From contig JASFYY010000038.1 in the NCBI GenBank assembly GCA_045046875.1, forward strand, positions 20,553 to 84,552: a DNA stretch of 64,000 bases. Reading direction: 5' to 3'. Below the pieces are notes generated by a model. The model was not told where the DNA came from. It saw nothing but the letters and a program-made list of their open reading frames with translations, and did no database searches. The DNA is from Verrucomicrobiota bacterium (GTDB lineage: Bacteria > Verrucomicrobiota > Verrucomicrobiia > Verrucomicrobiales > DEV007). The translations under genes were made by a program, and so were the position numbers. Below, one piece after another: positions 9,585 to 18,964 of the stretch. How positions within the stretch are numbered: position 1 is the stretch's first letter; each line of letters starts with the position of its first letter.

Positions 9585-10679
9585 ATGAAAAAAGAATTCT
9601 GCCCAAAATGTGGAGAGCCAGGTAAGTCCGTAAAGGAAATAACACTGCAATCCCTGTTAAAGGGGGACGAAAAAGAACGCATAACTGCCCTGCCTTACTT
9701 CTTTTGCAAAACCCCTTCCTGCCCAGTGGTTTATTTCAACCCGTCCGGTGTTTCGATTTTTGAAAAAAACAGCCTCAAGGTTCGTGTCGGAATCAAAGAA
9801 AACAAAGCTCCTCGCCCTGTGTGTTATTGCTTCGATCACAGCATCGAAGAAATCGAAGCACAAGTTGAGACCACCGGTGAAAGCACTGTGCTCGACGACA
9901 TTGCTACCCGAATGAAGGACGAGTGCTGGTGTGAAACCAAAAGTCCAATGGGATCGTGTTGCATGTCCACTGTCAGTAAGCACATCAAAACTGCAAAAGA
10001 AAAAGCAGGACAAACTACAGAATTTTGCAGCGCACTTCCTGAACCCACCGCCGATTCTAAGAGCACATTTGGAATTCTCGCCACACTTGGAGCTGTGCTC
10101 ACAGCCATACTGTCCTCCGCTTGCTGCTGGCTCCCCCTACTACTGATCGCCTTCGGTGCATCAGCAGTCGGTGTATCAGGATTTTTCGAATCCTACCGCT
10201 TCTGGTTCCTTGCTGCCACCATCATCCTGCTGGCGAGTGGGTTTTATCTGCTTTATTTCCGCCAGGAAAAATGTACCCCAGCTGACTGCTGCTCACCCCT
10301 CAATCCAAAACTCCAACGTTTCAACAAAATTCTGTTGTGGTGTGCCACCATCGCGGTTGCCTTGTTCAGCGTTTCTCCTAGCTCCCTTGGATTTTTTCTG
10401 AACGATCCTAATCCGAAAACAGAAATTTCATATAACCAAAAACAAATAACTCTTAAGATAGAAGGCATGACCTGCAAATCCTGTATCTACCCCATCCAAA
10501 CCCAATTACTGAAAGTGGAAGGGATCACTTCTGCAAAAGTCGATTTTGACAAAGCCACGGCTGTCATCACCACTAACAAAAAAAACATAGCACCCCAAAA
10601 AGATTTATTGCAGGCAGTCAAAAACGCCGGGTTTAAGGCGGTTTTTCAAAAACCGATAACACCTTCCCCGCCAGAATAG
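9585..10679 (+). CDS. Fusion of CopZ-N-type Zn/[2Fe-2S] domain, MerT-like membrane domain and HMA (MerP/CopZ) domain
   Basis: CPKC...CKTPSCPVVYF...VCYCF...CWCETKSPMGSCC; ILSSACCWLPLLL plus TM helices and CTPADCC; GMTCKSC. Confidence 0.85.
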   Translation: MKKEFCPKCGEPGKSVKEITLQSLLKGDEKERITALPYFFCKTPSCPVVYFNPSGVSIFEKNSLKVRVGIKENKAPRPVCYCFDHSIEEIEAQVETTGESTVLDDIATRMKDECWCETKSPMGSCCMSTVSKHIKTAKEKAGQTTEFCSALPEPTADSKSTFGILATLGAVLTAILSSACCWLPLLLIAFGASAVGVSGFFESYRFWFLAATIILLASGFYLLYFRQEKCTPADCCSPLNPKLQRFNKILLWCATIAVALFSVSPSSLGFFLNDPNPKTEISYNQKQITLKIEGMTCKSCIYPIQTQLLKVEGITSAKVDFDKATAVITTNKKNIAPQKDLLQAVKNAGFKAVFQKPITPSPPE

Positions 10680-10855
10680 CAGTTGGGCAAATACCATAAC
10701 CTCAAGTAACCTAAACTCCAAACCTGCTCATCTTGGAGCCGCGGATAAAATAAACCACCCCAAATTATTTATCTCTTTGGTCTCACCTACATGCAAATCC
10801 CCTCAAACAGTTGGAATCTCTCGTTTCAGCAATTTAGCAATCGCACATTCACTCG

Positions 10856-12370
10856 TCACTTCATTTTCAGTCTGCGTGCCAACTGAGCCGCATGCAAATC
10901 ACGCGGCTGGATCAAAGCTGGATCCAGCGGCTCGAACCACTTGCCCCCAGCATCTTTTATCGGCCGACCTTTACTGCTTAAACCGATCAAATTCATCGAA
11001 TCGGGACCGAATGACTCACGCGGCCAAGTGAGGTTTTTCTTTGCGCGGATATTCCAGAAAGTGCCACGGGCTCCACAGTGTTTGCCCAAATCACGTCCTC
11101 CTCCACAACGCCAGATTTCACTACCATCACCAACATCAAGATTGGAGAACAAATTCTCATAAGGAGCTTTTTTGTGGTGATCAAGTGACAAGTTAACGCC
11201 CTTGCCGTTTTTATACACATTGCCATTACTCATATATCCCAGACCCAAGTCATGGATGAAATGAGTCTGAAGATCAAAATGAGTCACCAGATTGTCCATC
11301 CCTAAAAATATCCCATGATGCCCTGTCGTCCCTTTATACGCTTTACGACGAGCATCCAAAACCAAGCCATCAATCGTCGAAAAGTGCCCGGTCAAATACA
11401 CCCCGCTATCGCTATTGGATATACGCACATTCTTAATCCAACAATTCACGACCCTAGTCATCGCGATCCCATTCAAACCACGCTCGGTGAAATGGCCACG
11501 ATAGGGTTTCACTGGAAACTCAATCGACAAATCCTCAATCCCCACTTCACTCACACTTGGATCAACCGTTTTCAAAACAGGCTTCCATTCGGCGCGTAAA
11601 TCAAAACGTAAAGGCCGTTCCAAAGTCACTCTTTTCCCCTCAATCGAGGCTACCCGACTGATCAAGCGGGTTCGGATGGCTTTCTTGATTTTCTTCGTAC
11701 TGCCTGGGTCTCCACTGTATAAATGATCGAGCAAGGTCTTCTTTTTATCATCCATCACTTCCACTGACACGATCTGCCCCTTTTCCAACTTCACATCTTT
11801 CGTCAGGACGATATCCCGCCCTCCACGTATCACCGGAGAAACAATGTCCGCCACTTTTTTATCCCGATAACTGCCCTTGACCCAAATAAAACCACCCGAC
11901 CACGAGTAGTTGGAAGTCGGTCGCCCACTAGTGGTTGCTCCCATGTTTGGACGAACATCTTCCAATTCCCGATTAATAAAAAGCACCGTCTTGCCCTCCC
12001 CGGCTCCACGTAAAACAATACCCGGTTTATTGATCCAAATAATATCGCTTAATAAATATCGTCCCGCTGGAATCAAAATCGCTCCCTTGTCCGTCGCTTC
12101 GATCGCCTTGCGGAAAGCTTCTGTGCAATCCGTTTTGCCATCCCCCTTGGCTCCAAAACGAATCACGTCAGTCACCACCGCTATTTTGGGCAAAACATCC
12201 TCTCCAAAATGATATCCGGCGTAAGAAAAATCCGGCAAGCGCCCCTCTGCCGTCCATCTTTCGCCTACCTTACCCCACAAATCAGAATACACTTGCCCCG
12301 GCAGTAATTCTGTTGAAAACAAAACAACAGCGAACAAAATACTAAATCGATCCATCCTTTGGTTTTTCAT
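10856..12370 (-). CDS. Secreted pectin-lyase-fold (parallel beta-helix) carbohydrate-active protein
   Basis: Signal peptide; LPDFSYAGY, FGAKGDGKTDCTEAFRKAI, IPAGRY, VLRGAG, NCWIKNV. Confidence 0.8.
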   Translation of the reverse strand: MKNQRMDRFSILFAVVLFSTELLPGQVYSDLWGKVGERWTAEGRLPDFSYAGYHFGEDVLPKIAVVTDVIRFGAKGDGKTDCTEAFRKAIEATDKGAILIPAGRYLLSDIIWINKPGIVLRGAGEGKTVLFINRELEDVRPNMGATTSGRPTSNYSWSGGFIWVKGSYRDKKVADIVSPVIRGGRDIVLTKDVKLEKGQIVSVEVMDDKKKTLLDHLYSGDPGSTKKIKKAIRTRLISRVASIEGKRVTLERPLRFDLRAEWKPVLKTVDPSVSEVGIEDLSIEFPVKPYRGHFTERGLNGIAMTRVVNCWIKNVRISNSDSGVYLTGHFSTIDGLVLDARRKAYKGTTGHHGIFLGMDNLVTHFDLQTHFIHDLGLGYMSNGNVYKNGKGVNLSLDHHKKAPYENLFSNLDVGDGSEIWRCGGGRDLGKHCGARGTFWNIRAKKNLTWPRESFGPDSMNLIGLSSKGRPIKDAGGKWFEPLDPALIQPRDLHAAQLARRLKMK

Positions 12371-12534
12371 TTTTTGGTAACTCTTCAGGCGTTCTCCACT
12401 CTATCACCAAATTCTTTTCAGAATAAACCGCGAATAGAATGCTTTGTGATGGTGGTTTCTTTAAAATCATATACCCAAAGTTGAAATGGAAGTTGAAACT
12501 TATTTGAGTTGGGGTTTTTTATTTTCCTTTTCTT

Positions 12535-12563
12535 ATCCGCGTCCATCCGCGTAATCCGCGGTC
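12535..12563 (+). repeat. ATCCGCG tandem repeat arm (degenerate left arm aaccgcgaat near 12426)
   Basis: atccgcgtcc atccgcgta atccgcggtc. Confidence 0.65.
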
Positions 12564-12605
12564 AAATCCTTTTGAAATGAACTGCATAAACCTAACAACC
12601 TACCA

Positions 12606-13904
12606 TTATTTCAACAAAGTCGGCTCTGCCCAAATCGCATAATTATTCTTGGCATCCACTTTAATTCCATCAGCTCTCGGCGTACTAAGTTTGAGTTCGA
12701 TCTGCTTGAACCCATCCACTTCGCATTGCATCAATCGAGCCGGCTCGCTTCCATCCACGATCACTGACTCCAATATTTTGCCATCACCCATGATCGTAAA
12801 CTCAACCCTGCCCTGTTTTCCCAGTTCAGGATGCAAACCCGCCCACACGGTAAAGTTCTGATACACCCCCTTGGGCAACAGAAAAGTCAGCGAGCGTCCC
12901 ATTCCCGCACTGATCCCTTCTGCAAACTTTTTCACTTCCACCGCTCCTGTATCCTCAATGCGCAAACTCAAAGGCGTGACTTGTTTTCCCTGCGCAAGGA
13001 TCAAACCGCTCTGAGGACATCCCCAATTTGGTTTACTAAAAAACTGTGATTGAGGATAATACAAACTCTCCGCCTCCAACGGAAAATAAGCGCTTATCTG
13101 AATTTTTTGCAAAGCCAGCCTACCTTCTTCCTCTATTTCCCCCGAGCCAAGACTCAACATCGTATAAAGCGCATCAGCCACGATCTGTGCGTCCATCGTA
13201 GCCGCCTTCAATTGCCATTTTTTAACTGCATTCGCATCCTCTGCATACAAAGCCTGAATGATCGGAATCGTTGTGCTACGAGCATTGAGAATACCTTCAT
13301 TCACTCGATGCAACAAACGCCACGCCGCTTCCTCCACGGTGATACCTAACAACTTAGCCTGATAACCAGTGATACTCACATCAAGATCACCGCTCTCAAT
13401 GGGACTGTGCAGCAGTTGTCCCTTCATCCCCTCACTCGGCGGCAAGAACTGCTGCAACAAGGTGAACATATTATCACCTGGCACGGTGTGCGCCGGACTG
13501 CCATAATCTTCCAACTGATGACATACGGTCCCCATAAAACGAGCCGCCTCACCGATCTTACCCGCCCGCAAAGCCTCAACCGCCTTGCCCATGAAGTATC
13601 GCAGAGTTTCCAGATTCTCCTCTTGTTGCGCTGGCAGATGCAAATTGAGCAAATACAAAACATCCGGTTTTGATTCCATCTTGGCAAATCGGGCGTTCTC
13701 CTTATCACTATAAACATGATCAGGAATCAAACAGTAATCATCCCCCAATTTTACCAACTCCCCCGCTAGTAACTTCTTATGGGCAGGCGGCAAAGTTTGT
13801 ATTGCCGCTTTAGTGATGGCTATATGAGGAGTTCCCCAGGCGAATGCCGAAGATACAGGCAGTAAAAAAAAGAGTGCTACCCAGAGAAACGAATAAAATT
13901 TCAT
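12606..13904 (-). CDS. Secreted Zn-dependent phospholipase C/S1-P1 nuclease-fold protein with C-terminal NPCBM/NEW2 domain
   Basis: Signal peptide AFA then mature W-x3-H; IPD; CHQLEDYGSPAH; C-terminal GRVEFTIMGDGK...AIWAEPTL. Confidence 0.7.
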   Translation of the reverse strand: MKFYSFLWVALFFLLPVSSAFAWGTPHIAITKAAIQTLPPAHKKLLAGELVKLGDDYCLIPDHVYSDKENARFAKMESKPDVLYLLNLHLPAQQEENLETLRYFMGKAVEALRAGKIGEAARFMGTVCHQLEDYGSPAHTVPGDNMFTLLQQFLPPSEGMKGQLLHSPIESGDLDVSITGYQAKLLGITVEEAAWRLLHRVNEGILNARSTTIPIIQALYAEDANAVKKWQLKAATMDAQIVADALYTMLSLGSGEIEEEGRLALQKIQISAYFPLEAESLYYPQSQFFSKPNWGCPQSGLILAQGKQVTPLSLRIEDTGAVEVKKFAEGISAGMGRSLTFLLPKGVYQNFTVWAGLHPELGKQGRVEFTIMGDGKILESVIVDGSEPARLMQCEVDGFKQIELKLSTPRADGIKVDAKNNYAIWAEPTLLK

Positions 13905-13967
13905 ACTCCCGAATCTCGCGCAGACTTTCGCCCATGGCAAGCCCGACCCAAAACCCGCCTCTCTCTC

Positions 13968-14003
13968 GACCGGTTATTTGTCCGGCCGGACAAATAACCG
14001 GTC
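13968..14003. repeat. Perfect 36-bp palindrome
   Basis: gaccggttatttgtccgg|ccggacaaataaccggtc with no spacer. Confidence 0.85.
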
Positions 14004-14036
14004 AATTTGAAAAGATCAGGAAACTCGCCAAACATC

Positions 14037-17000
14037 TCAAACTTCTATCTCTTTCTCCACCGCATCCACCTCGCAGCTGCTCACTCCAAACATCACAAAC
14101 AATACCGGCAACACCACCAAAGTCAGAACCGTATTACTGATGATGCCACCAATCACCACCGTCGCCAAGGGCCGCTGAACCTCTGCCCCGACACCCGTAT
14201 TCAACGCCATCGGAATGAATCCCACCGCTGCCACCAATGCCGTCATCAGCACCGGTCGCAACCGTATCCGGCAGCCTTCAAATACGGCGACCCGGACCTC
14301 TTTACCCTCGCTGATCAAATTCTGAATAAAACTGATCAATACCAAACCATTCAAAATCGCCACTCCGCTCAAGGCAATGAAGCCAATCGCGGCACTGACC
14401 GTGAACGGCATATCCCGCAGGTAAAGTGCCGCCACTCCTCCCACTGCTCCCAATGGGATTCCGGTTGCCACGATAAAAACCTGACGCAGTGAATTCAAAC
14501 TGAAAAACAATAATACAAAGATCAAACCGAGCGACAGCGGAACCACCAACATCAAACGCTGGTTGGCGCGTTCCATATTCTCAAACTGACCGCCCCACTG
14601 CAAAGTGTAACCTTCCGGCATATCCACCTCCTCATCGATCTTCTTTTGTGCCTCAGCGACAAAACTGCCGACATCACGTCCGCGCACATTGGTCTGCACC
14701 GTGACCCGGCGTTTGCTCCACTCACGCTGGATCGTCGCCGGCCCCTCGGTCATGGTAATATCCGCCAATCTTTTTAATGGAATAAAAGGCCCTCCTTCAG
14801 TAGGGATCAAAGTATTGCCCAATAGTTCAACATCATTTCTTATCTTCTCAGGCAAACGAATCACCAAAGGAAATCTACGTTGCCCTTCACGAATTTCACC
14901 CACCTCAATGCCCCCCATCGCCTCAACCAATCCCAATATCGCACGAGTCGGAATCCCATATCGCGCGATCGCTTCCGGTTTCACTTTGATTTGCAATACC
15001 GGCTGCCCCGTCAACTGCTCGCCGGAAATATCCACACTGCCTTCGACATCCAGTAGCACCCGCTGAATATCGTCCGATACACGAGTTAGCTTTTCAAAAT
15101 CATCGCCGTAGATCTTGATTCCCACATCCGATCGAATCCCCGCTACCATCTCATTCATTCGCATTTCGATGGGCTGAGTGATCGACATATTCAATCCCGG
15201 CAGATCCCGCAACAACTCATCAATCTTTGCCGTCAACTCAGCCTGTGTTTCGGCCTTGGTCCATTCCCCCCTTGGATTCAGAGCGAGAAAAATATCGGTC
15301 AACTCAGTGCCCATCGGATCCGTTGCCACTTCCGCGGCACCGATCCGGCTCCACGCTCGACCGATCTCATCCGGAAACTCATCCAGCAAAATGCGCTCGA
15401 TCCGAGTATTGTAAGCTGTGGACTGCTCGAGATCGATACCCGCCAAACGAATCACATTCACCACCAGAGCTCCTTCACCCAACTTCGGCAAAAACTCCCC
15501 TCCCATGCGCATCGCCATCGCAGCCGACACCACCACTAACGCCAGTGCGACCACCAATACCACATAACGCAAGCGCATCGCTGCCTTCAAAATCGGCTGG
15601 TAAAAATACTGCACCATCCGGATCAGCAGAGGGTCTTTCTCCTTCATACTGCGCGGCAAAAATAAAGTTGCCAATACCGGCACTACCGTCAGAGCCAGAA
15701 TCAACGATCCCAACAAAGCGGCAATCATCGTCAACGCCATCGGTTTGAACAGTTTCCCTTCGATACCTTCCAGCGTCAGGATTGGCACAAATACGATAAT
15801 GATAATACCCACCCCAAAAGCCACCGGTCGCGCCACCTCTAATGGTGCTTCTTTTAAAATCTTACTTCTTTCGTCAGGCATAAGTTTGCGACCGAGACGA
15901 TGTTGTTCATCAGCGAGCCGCCTTACCATATTTTCCACCATCACCACCGAGCCATCCACCACCAATCCAAAATCCAAAGCACCTAAACTGAGCAAGCTCG
16001 CAGCGATGCCCGCCTCGAGCATGTAAGTGCCCGCGAAAACCAGTGACAATGGAATAGCCGAAGCCACGATCAATCCCGCACGCAAATTTCCAATCAAAAC
16101 AAACAATACCACTACCACCAATATCGCCCCTACCAGTAAATTATGGGAAACCGTTTCGATCACCTTGTCCACCAAATCCGTTCGATCATAAACCGTCTCC
16201 ACCCGCACATCCTCCGGCAATGCTTTTTGCACCTGCTCCAGCTGCTTTTTCAAGTTGCGAGTCACCTCGTGACTGTTCTCTCCCATCAACATGAAACCCA
16301 GCCCAAGAACCACCTCACCCTTGCCATCCGCCGTCACCGCCCCGCGACGGATTTCATGCCCAATCGCCACCTCGGCGACACTTTTCACCCGCACCGGAAT
16401 GCCATCGACCGACTTCACTACGATATTCTCGATATCTTCAATCGTGGTCACAATCCCCACTCCGTGAACCAAAATCCCCACTCCCGATGACTTTAAAATC
16501 CCCCCACCCACGTTCTGATTATTCTTTTCCAAAGCTTCAAACAAGTCGTCAAAAGTCAGCCCGTATTTGATCAAACGCCCGGGATCGGTTAACACCTGAA
16601 ATTGTTTCTCGTAACCTCCCCATGAATTGATCTCCGCCGTTCCCGCCACCTTGAGCATCTCTGGCTTAACCACCCAATCGTGTAGCTCACGCAGTTCGGT
16701 CAACGTCCGATCCGGATTATCCGAACGCAGCACATAGTGGAACACTTCTCCCAAACCCGTCGAAATCGGCCCCAGCTCCGGTTTTGGAACTCCCTCTGGT
16801 AACTCCGCCGCCGACAGACGCTCACTGATCAACTGCCTCGCTGTGATGATATTCGAATCATCATCAAAAGTCGCCACCACCTGTGACAAACCAAACTTGG
16901 AAACCGATCGCACATTATTTAAACCCGGCAAGCCACTCACCGCCAGCTCGATCGGCAGAGTGATCTGCGCTTCGATCTCGGTCGGATTCAAAGCCGGCGC

Positions 17001-17156
17001 TGTGGTATTGATCTGCACCTGAACCGGCGTGGTATCCGGAAAAGCATCAATCGGTAAATGCATCAATACCTTGCCTCCGATCAACACCCCGGTCAAAGCC
17101 AAGATGCAAACCATCAAGCGATTATTCAACGACCATGTGATCAATCCATTTAACAT
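14037..17156 (-). CDS. czcA: CusA/CzcA family heavy-metal efflux RND transporter
   Basis: LPIDAFPD, SKFGLS, GALDFGLVVDGSVVMVEN, RLRPVLMTA, GAEVQRPLATVVIGG. Confidence 0.93.
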   Translation of the reverse strand: MLNGLITWSLNNRLMVCILALTGVLIGGKVLMHLPIDAFPDTTPVQVQINTTAPALNPTEIEAQITLPIELAVSGLPGLNNVRSVSKFGLSQVVATFDDDSNIITARQLISERLSAAELPEGVPKPELGPISTGLGEVFHYVLRSDNPDRTLTELRELHDWVVKPEMLKVAGTAEINSWGGYEKQFQVLTDPGRLIKYGLTFDDLFEALEKNNQNVGGGILKSSGVGILVHGVGIVTTIEDIENIVVKSVDGIPVRVKSVAEVAIGHEIRRGAVTADGKGEVVLGLGFMLMGENSHEVTRNLKKQLEQVQKALPEDVRVETVYDRTDLVDKVIETVSHNLLVGAILVVVVLFVLIGNLRAGLIVASAIPLSLVFAGTYMLEAGIAASLLSLGALDFGLVVDGSVVMVENMVRRLADEQHRLGRKLMPDERSKILKEAPLEVARPVAFGVGIIIIVFVPILTLEGIEGKLFKPMALTMIAALLGSLILALTVVPVLATLFLPRSMKEKDPLLIRMVQYFYQPILKAAMRLRYVVLVVALALVVVSAAMAMRMGGEFLPKLGEGALVVNVIRLAGIDLEQSTAYNTRIERILLDEFPDEIGRAWSRIGAAEVATDPMGTELTDIFLALNPRGEWTKAETQAELTAKIDELLRDLPGLNMSITQPIEMRMNEMVAGIRSDVGIKIYGDDFEKLTRVSDDIQRVLLDVEGSVDISGEQLTGQPVLQIKVKPEAIARYGIPTRAILGLVEAMGGIEVGEIREGQRRFPLVIRLPEKIRNDVELLGNTLIPTEGGPFIPLKRLADITMTEGPATIQREWSKRRVTVQTNVRGRDVGSFVAEAQKKIDEEVDMPEGYTLQWGGQFENMERANQRLMLVVPLSLGLIFVLLFFSLNSLRQVFIVATGIPLGAVGGVAALYLRDMPFTVSAAIGFIALSGVAILNGLVLISFIQNLISEGKEVRVAVFEGCRIRLRPVLMTALVAAVGFIPMALNTGVGAEVQRPLATVVIGGIISNTVLTLVVLPVLFVMFGVSSCEVDAVEKEIEV

Positions 17157-17234
17157 ATTTTTTCCTAGTAATGAGGTAATCCGCTACCTATAGGGCCATC
17201 GACTTCTAAAATTTGAAACTAAGCATCCAGACGA

Positions 17235-17314
17235 TAGCTGTTTAGGCTACAGGCTGCAGTATCACGTTGAGGCGTCTTCGCCTAGATACCTACAGTCTAA
17301 ACAGCTACAGCCTG
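17235..17314. repeat. Inverted-repeat element with ctacag-type heptamer units between czcB and czcA
   Basis: tagctgtttaggctacaggctgcagtatc ... aggcg-tctt-cgcct ... gatacctacagtctaaacagcta. Confidence 0.6.
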
Positions 17315-17316
17315 CT

Positions 17317-18945
17317 TTAGTCATCGACGCAACCAGCTCCCAATCGTGAAATCAAAAATTGAGACTTCACAATAAAGCTGCTTCCCGTCACCACCTGATC
17401 CCCTACTTTGAGCCCATCCAAAATCTCAATTCGACCATATCCTCTCACACCTGTTTTCAACATCCTCACATCAAACAAGTCGTCTTCCAATCTCACAAAA
17501 GCCACCGAGTTGCCTTCAATATCCTGAACCGCGCTTTGTGGTATGATCAAATTTTTAGAACTGCGATTGATGATACGTGCCTTGGCAAACATCTGTGCCT
17601 TCAACACCCCGTCTGGATTCAAAAACTCAGCCCGCGCCCTTGCCGTGCGAGTGCGCTCATCAACACTGGGGGCAATCCAGGTCAACTTGCCTTCAAACAC
17701 TTCTCCGGAACGAGATTCAATCACTAATTTCACCACTTGTCCTACCTTTACTCGCTGTAGATCTGATTCCGGAATACTCAGAAAAGCCCACAACGATCGA
17801 GTATCCACCAACTTGAACAAAGCGGTGCCCGCTTCCAACCACGATCCTTGCACTGCATTGCGCTCCGCTATTTCACCAGCAAAAGGCGCGCGCAACTCCA
17901 ATACCACTGCTTCATCTGGATTTTGGTTCAGGCGTTCAACTTGTTTGGAATCAAACCCTAGTGTCACCAACTGCTGGTAAGCCTGGCGCCGCTCCACTTC
18001 TGCCGTCTTCATCCTCGCCTCGGCTTCATCCAATTCCTGCTGCGAAGAAATCTTTTGTTTGCTCAGTTTCTGTTCGCGATCCAGTGCTTTCTGTGCCAAT
18101 TCCTGCTGAGTCAAAGCCAACTGATATTTCCCTGCGGCCGCACTGATTTCCACCGACGACACCGTTACCAGCACCTCCCCTTTTTCAACTTTGGAACCTA
18201 GGTCCACCTCCACCGACTTAACTATTCCCTGCACCGGCAACGCAATCTCCGTCAGCCGATTCTCGTTAAAAGCAAGTTCCGCATACACTTCGATCTCATC
18301 AGAGATCTGCTCCACCGCTGCAGGTGTGACACTCACCCCGGCTTTAGCTGCCGCTTGTTTAGAAGCAAAACGAACCTTCAGATGATTTTTAGCCAGCATG
18401 TCGGGATGGCAAATCCCACATTCAGCTTCCAACACATTATGTTCATTGCACATCAGCCCGGCGGGCGATCCCGCTCCTCCCTTGTTAGCTTGAGGATTCT
18501 CACTTCCCTCCTCAGCCTTCGACGGCATGATGTCTGGGTGACAAATATAACATTCATCTTCATAGAGAAAATGCTCTTTACACATCAAACGCCCTTTCTC
18601 TTTAAGGTCAGGATGACATTCAAAACAACGCTCTTCGTAACGCCCATGTTCTTTACACCACATCCGCTTGGGGTCCCGCATTTTCGGATTACAGATATAA
18701 CAAAGATTCTCCTTCGTTTCATGGGGACATTCTTTGCCCCCCGGATCAGCCATTGCCATTTTGTAAGCCCCCAGAGGTGGCAATATCTTTACTATTTCAA
18801 CGGCTGCAGGGCTAGCTGATCCTTCAACTTTTGTATCTGCATCAGTATCTGTCGCCGAAGGCTTTTCACCGCTACACGCAGTGAGCATCACGGCTACTGC
18901 CAGCAACATGCCCGCCGTCGAATCCACTATCATTTTTAATTTCAT
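17317..18945 (-). CDS. czcB: RND periplasmic adaptor (CzcB-like lipoprotein) with N-terminal four-repeat Cys/His domain
   Basis: Lipobox LTAC; four C-x-E-H-x3-E-x2-C-x2-C-(H/N)-P repeats; lipoyl/hairpin LRAPFAGEI, VDERTRT, GLKVGDQVV. Confidence 0.88.
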   Translation of the reverse strand: MKLKMIVDSTAGMLLAVAVMLTACSGEKPSATDTDADTKVEGSASPAAVEIVKILPPLGAYKMAMADPGGKECPHETKENLCYICNPKMRDPKRMWCKEHGRYEERCFECHPDLKEKGRLMCKEHFLYEDECYICHPDIMPSKAEEGSENPQANKGGAGSPAGLMCNEHNVLEAECGICHPDMLAKNHLKVRFASKQAAAKAGVSVTPAAVEQISDEIEVYAELAFNENRLTEIALPVQGIVKSVEVDLGSKVEKGEVLVTVSSVEISAAAGKYQLALTQQELAQKALDREQKLSKQKISSQQELDEAEARMKTAEVERRQAYQQLVTLGFDSKQVERLNQNPDEAVVLELRAPFAGEIAERNAVQGSWLEAGTALFKLVDTRSLWAFLSIPESDLQRVKVGQVVKLVIESRSGEVFEGKLTWIAPSVDERTRTARARAEFLNPDGVLKAQMFAKARIINRSSKNLIIPQSAVQDIEGNSVAFVRLEDDLFDVRMLKTGVRGYGRIEILDGLKVGDQVVTGSSFIVKSQFLISRLGAGCVDD

Positions 18946-18964
18946 ATTTTTATCGGGTTTGAGT

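Noticed and set aside
9137..10679. Calling this a mer (mercury resistance) operon
   Set aside because: No merA or merB in the window and metal specificity cannot be read from sequence
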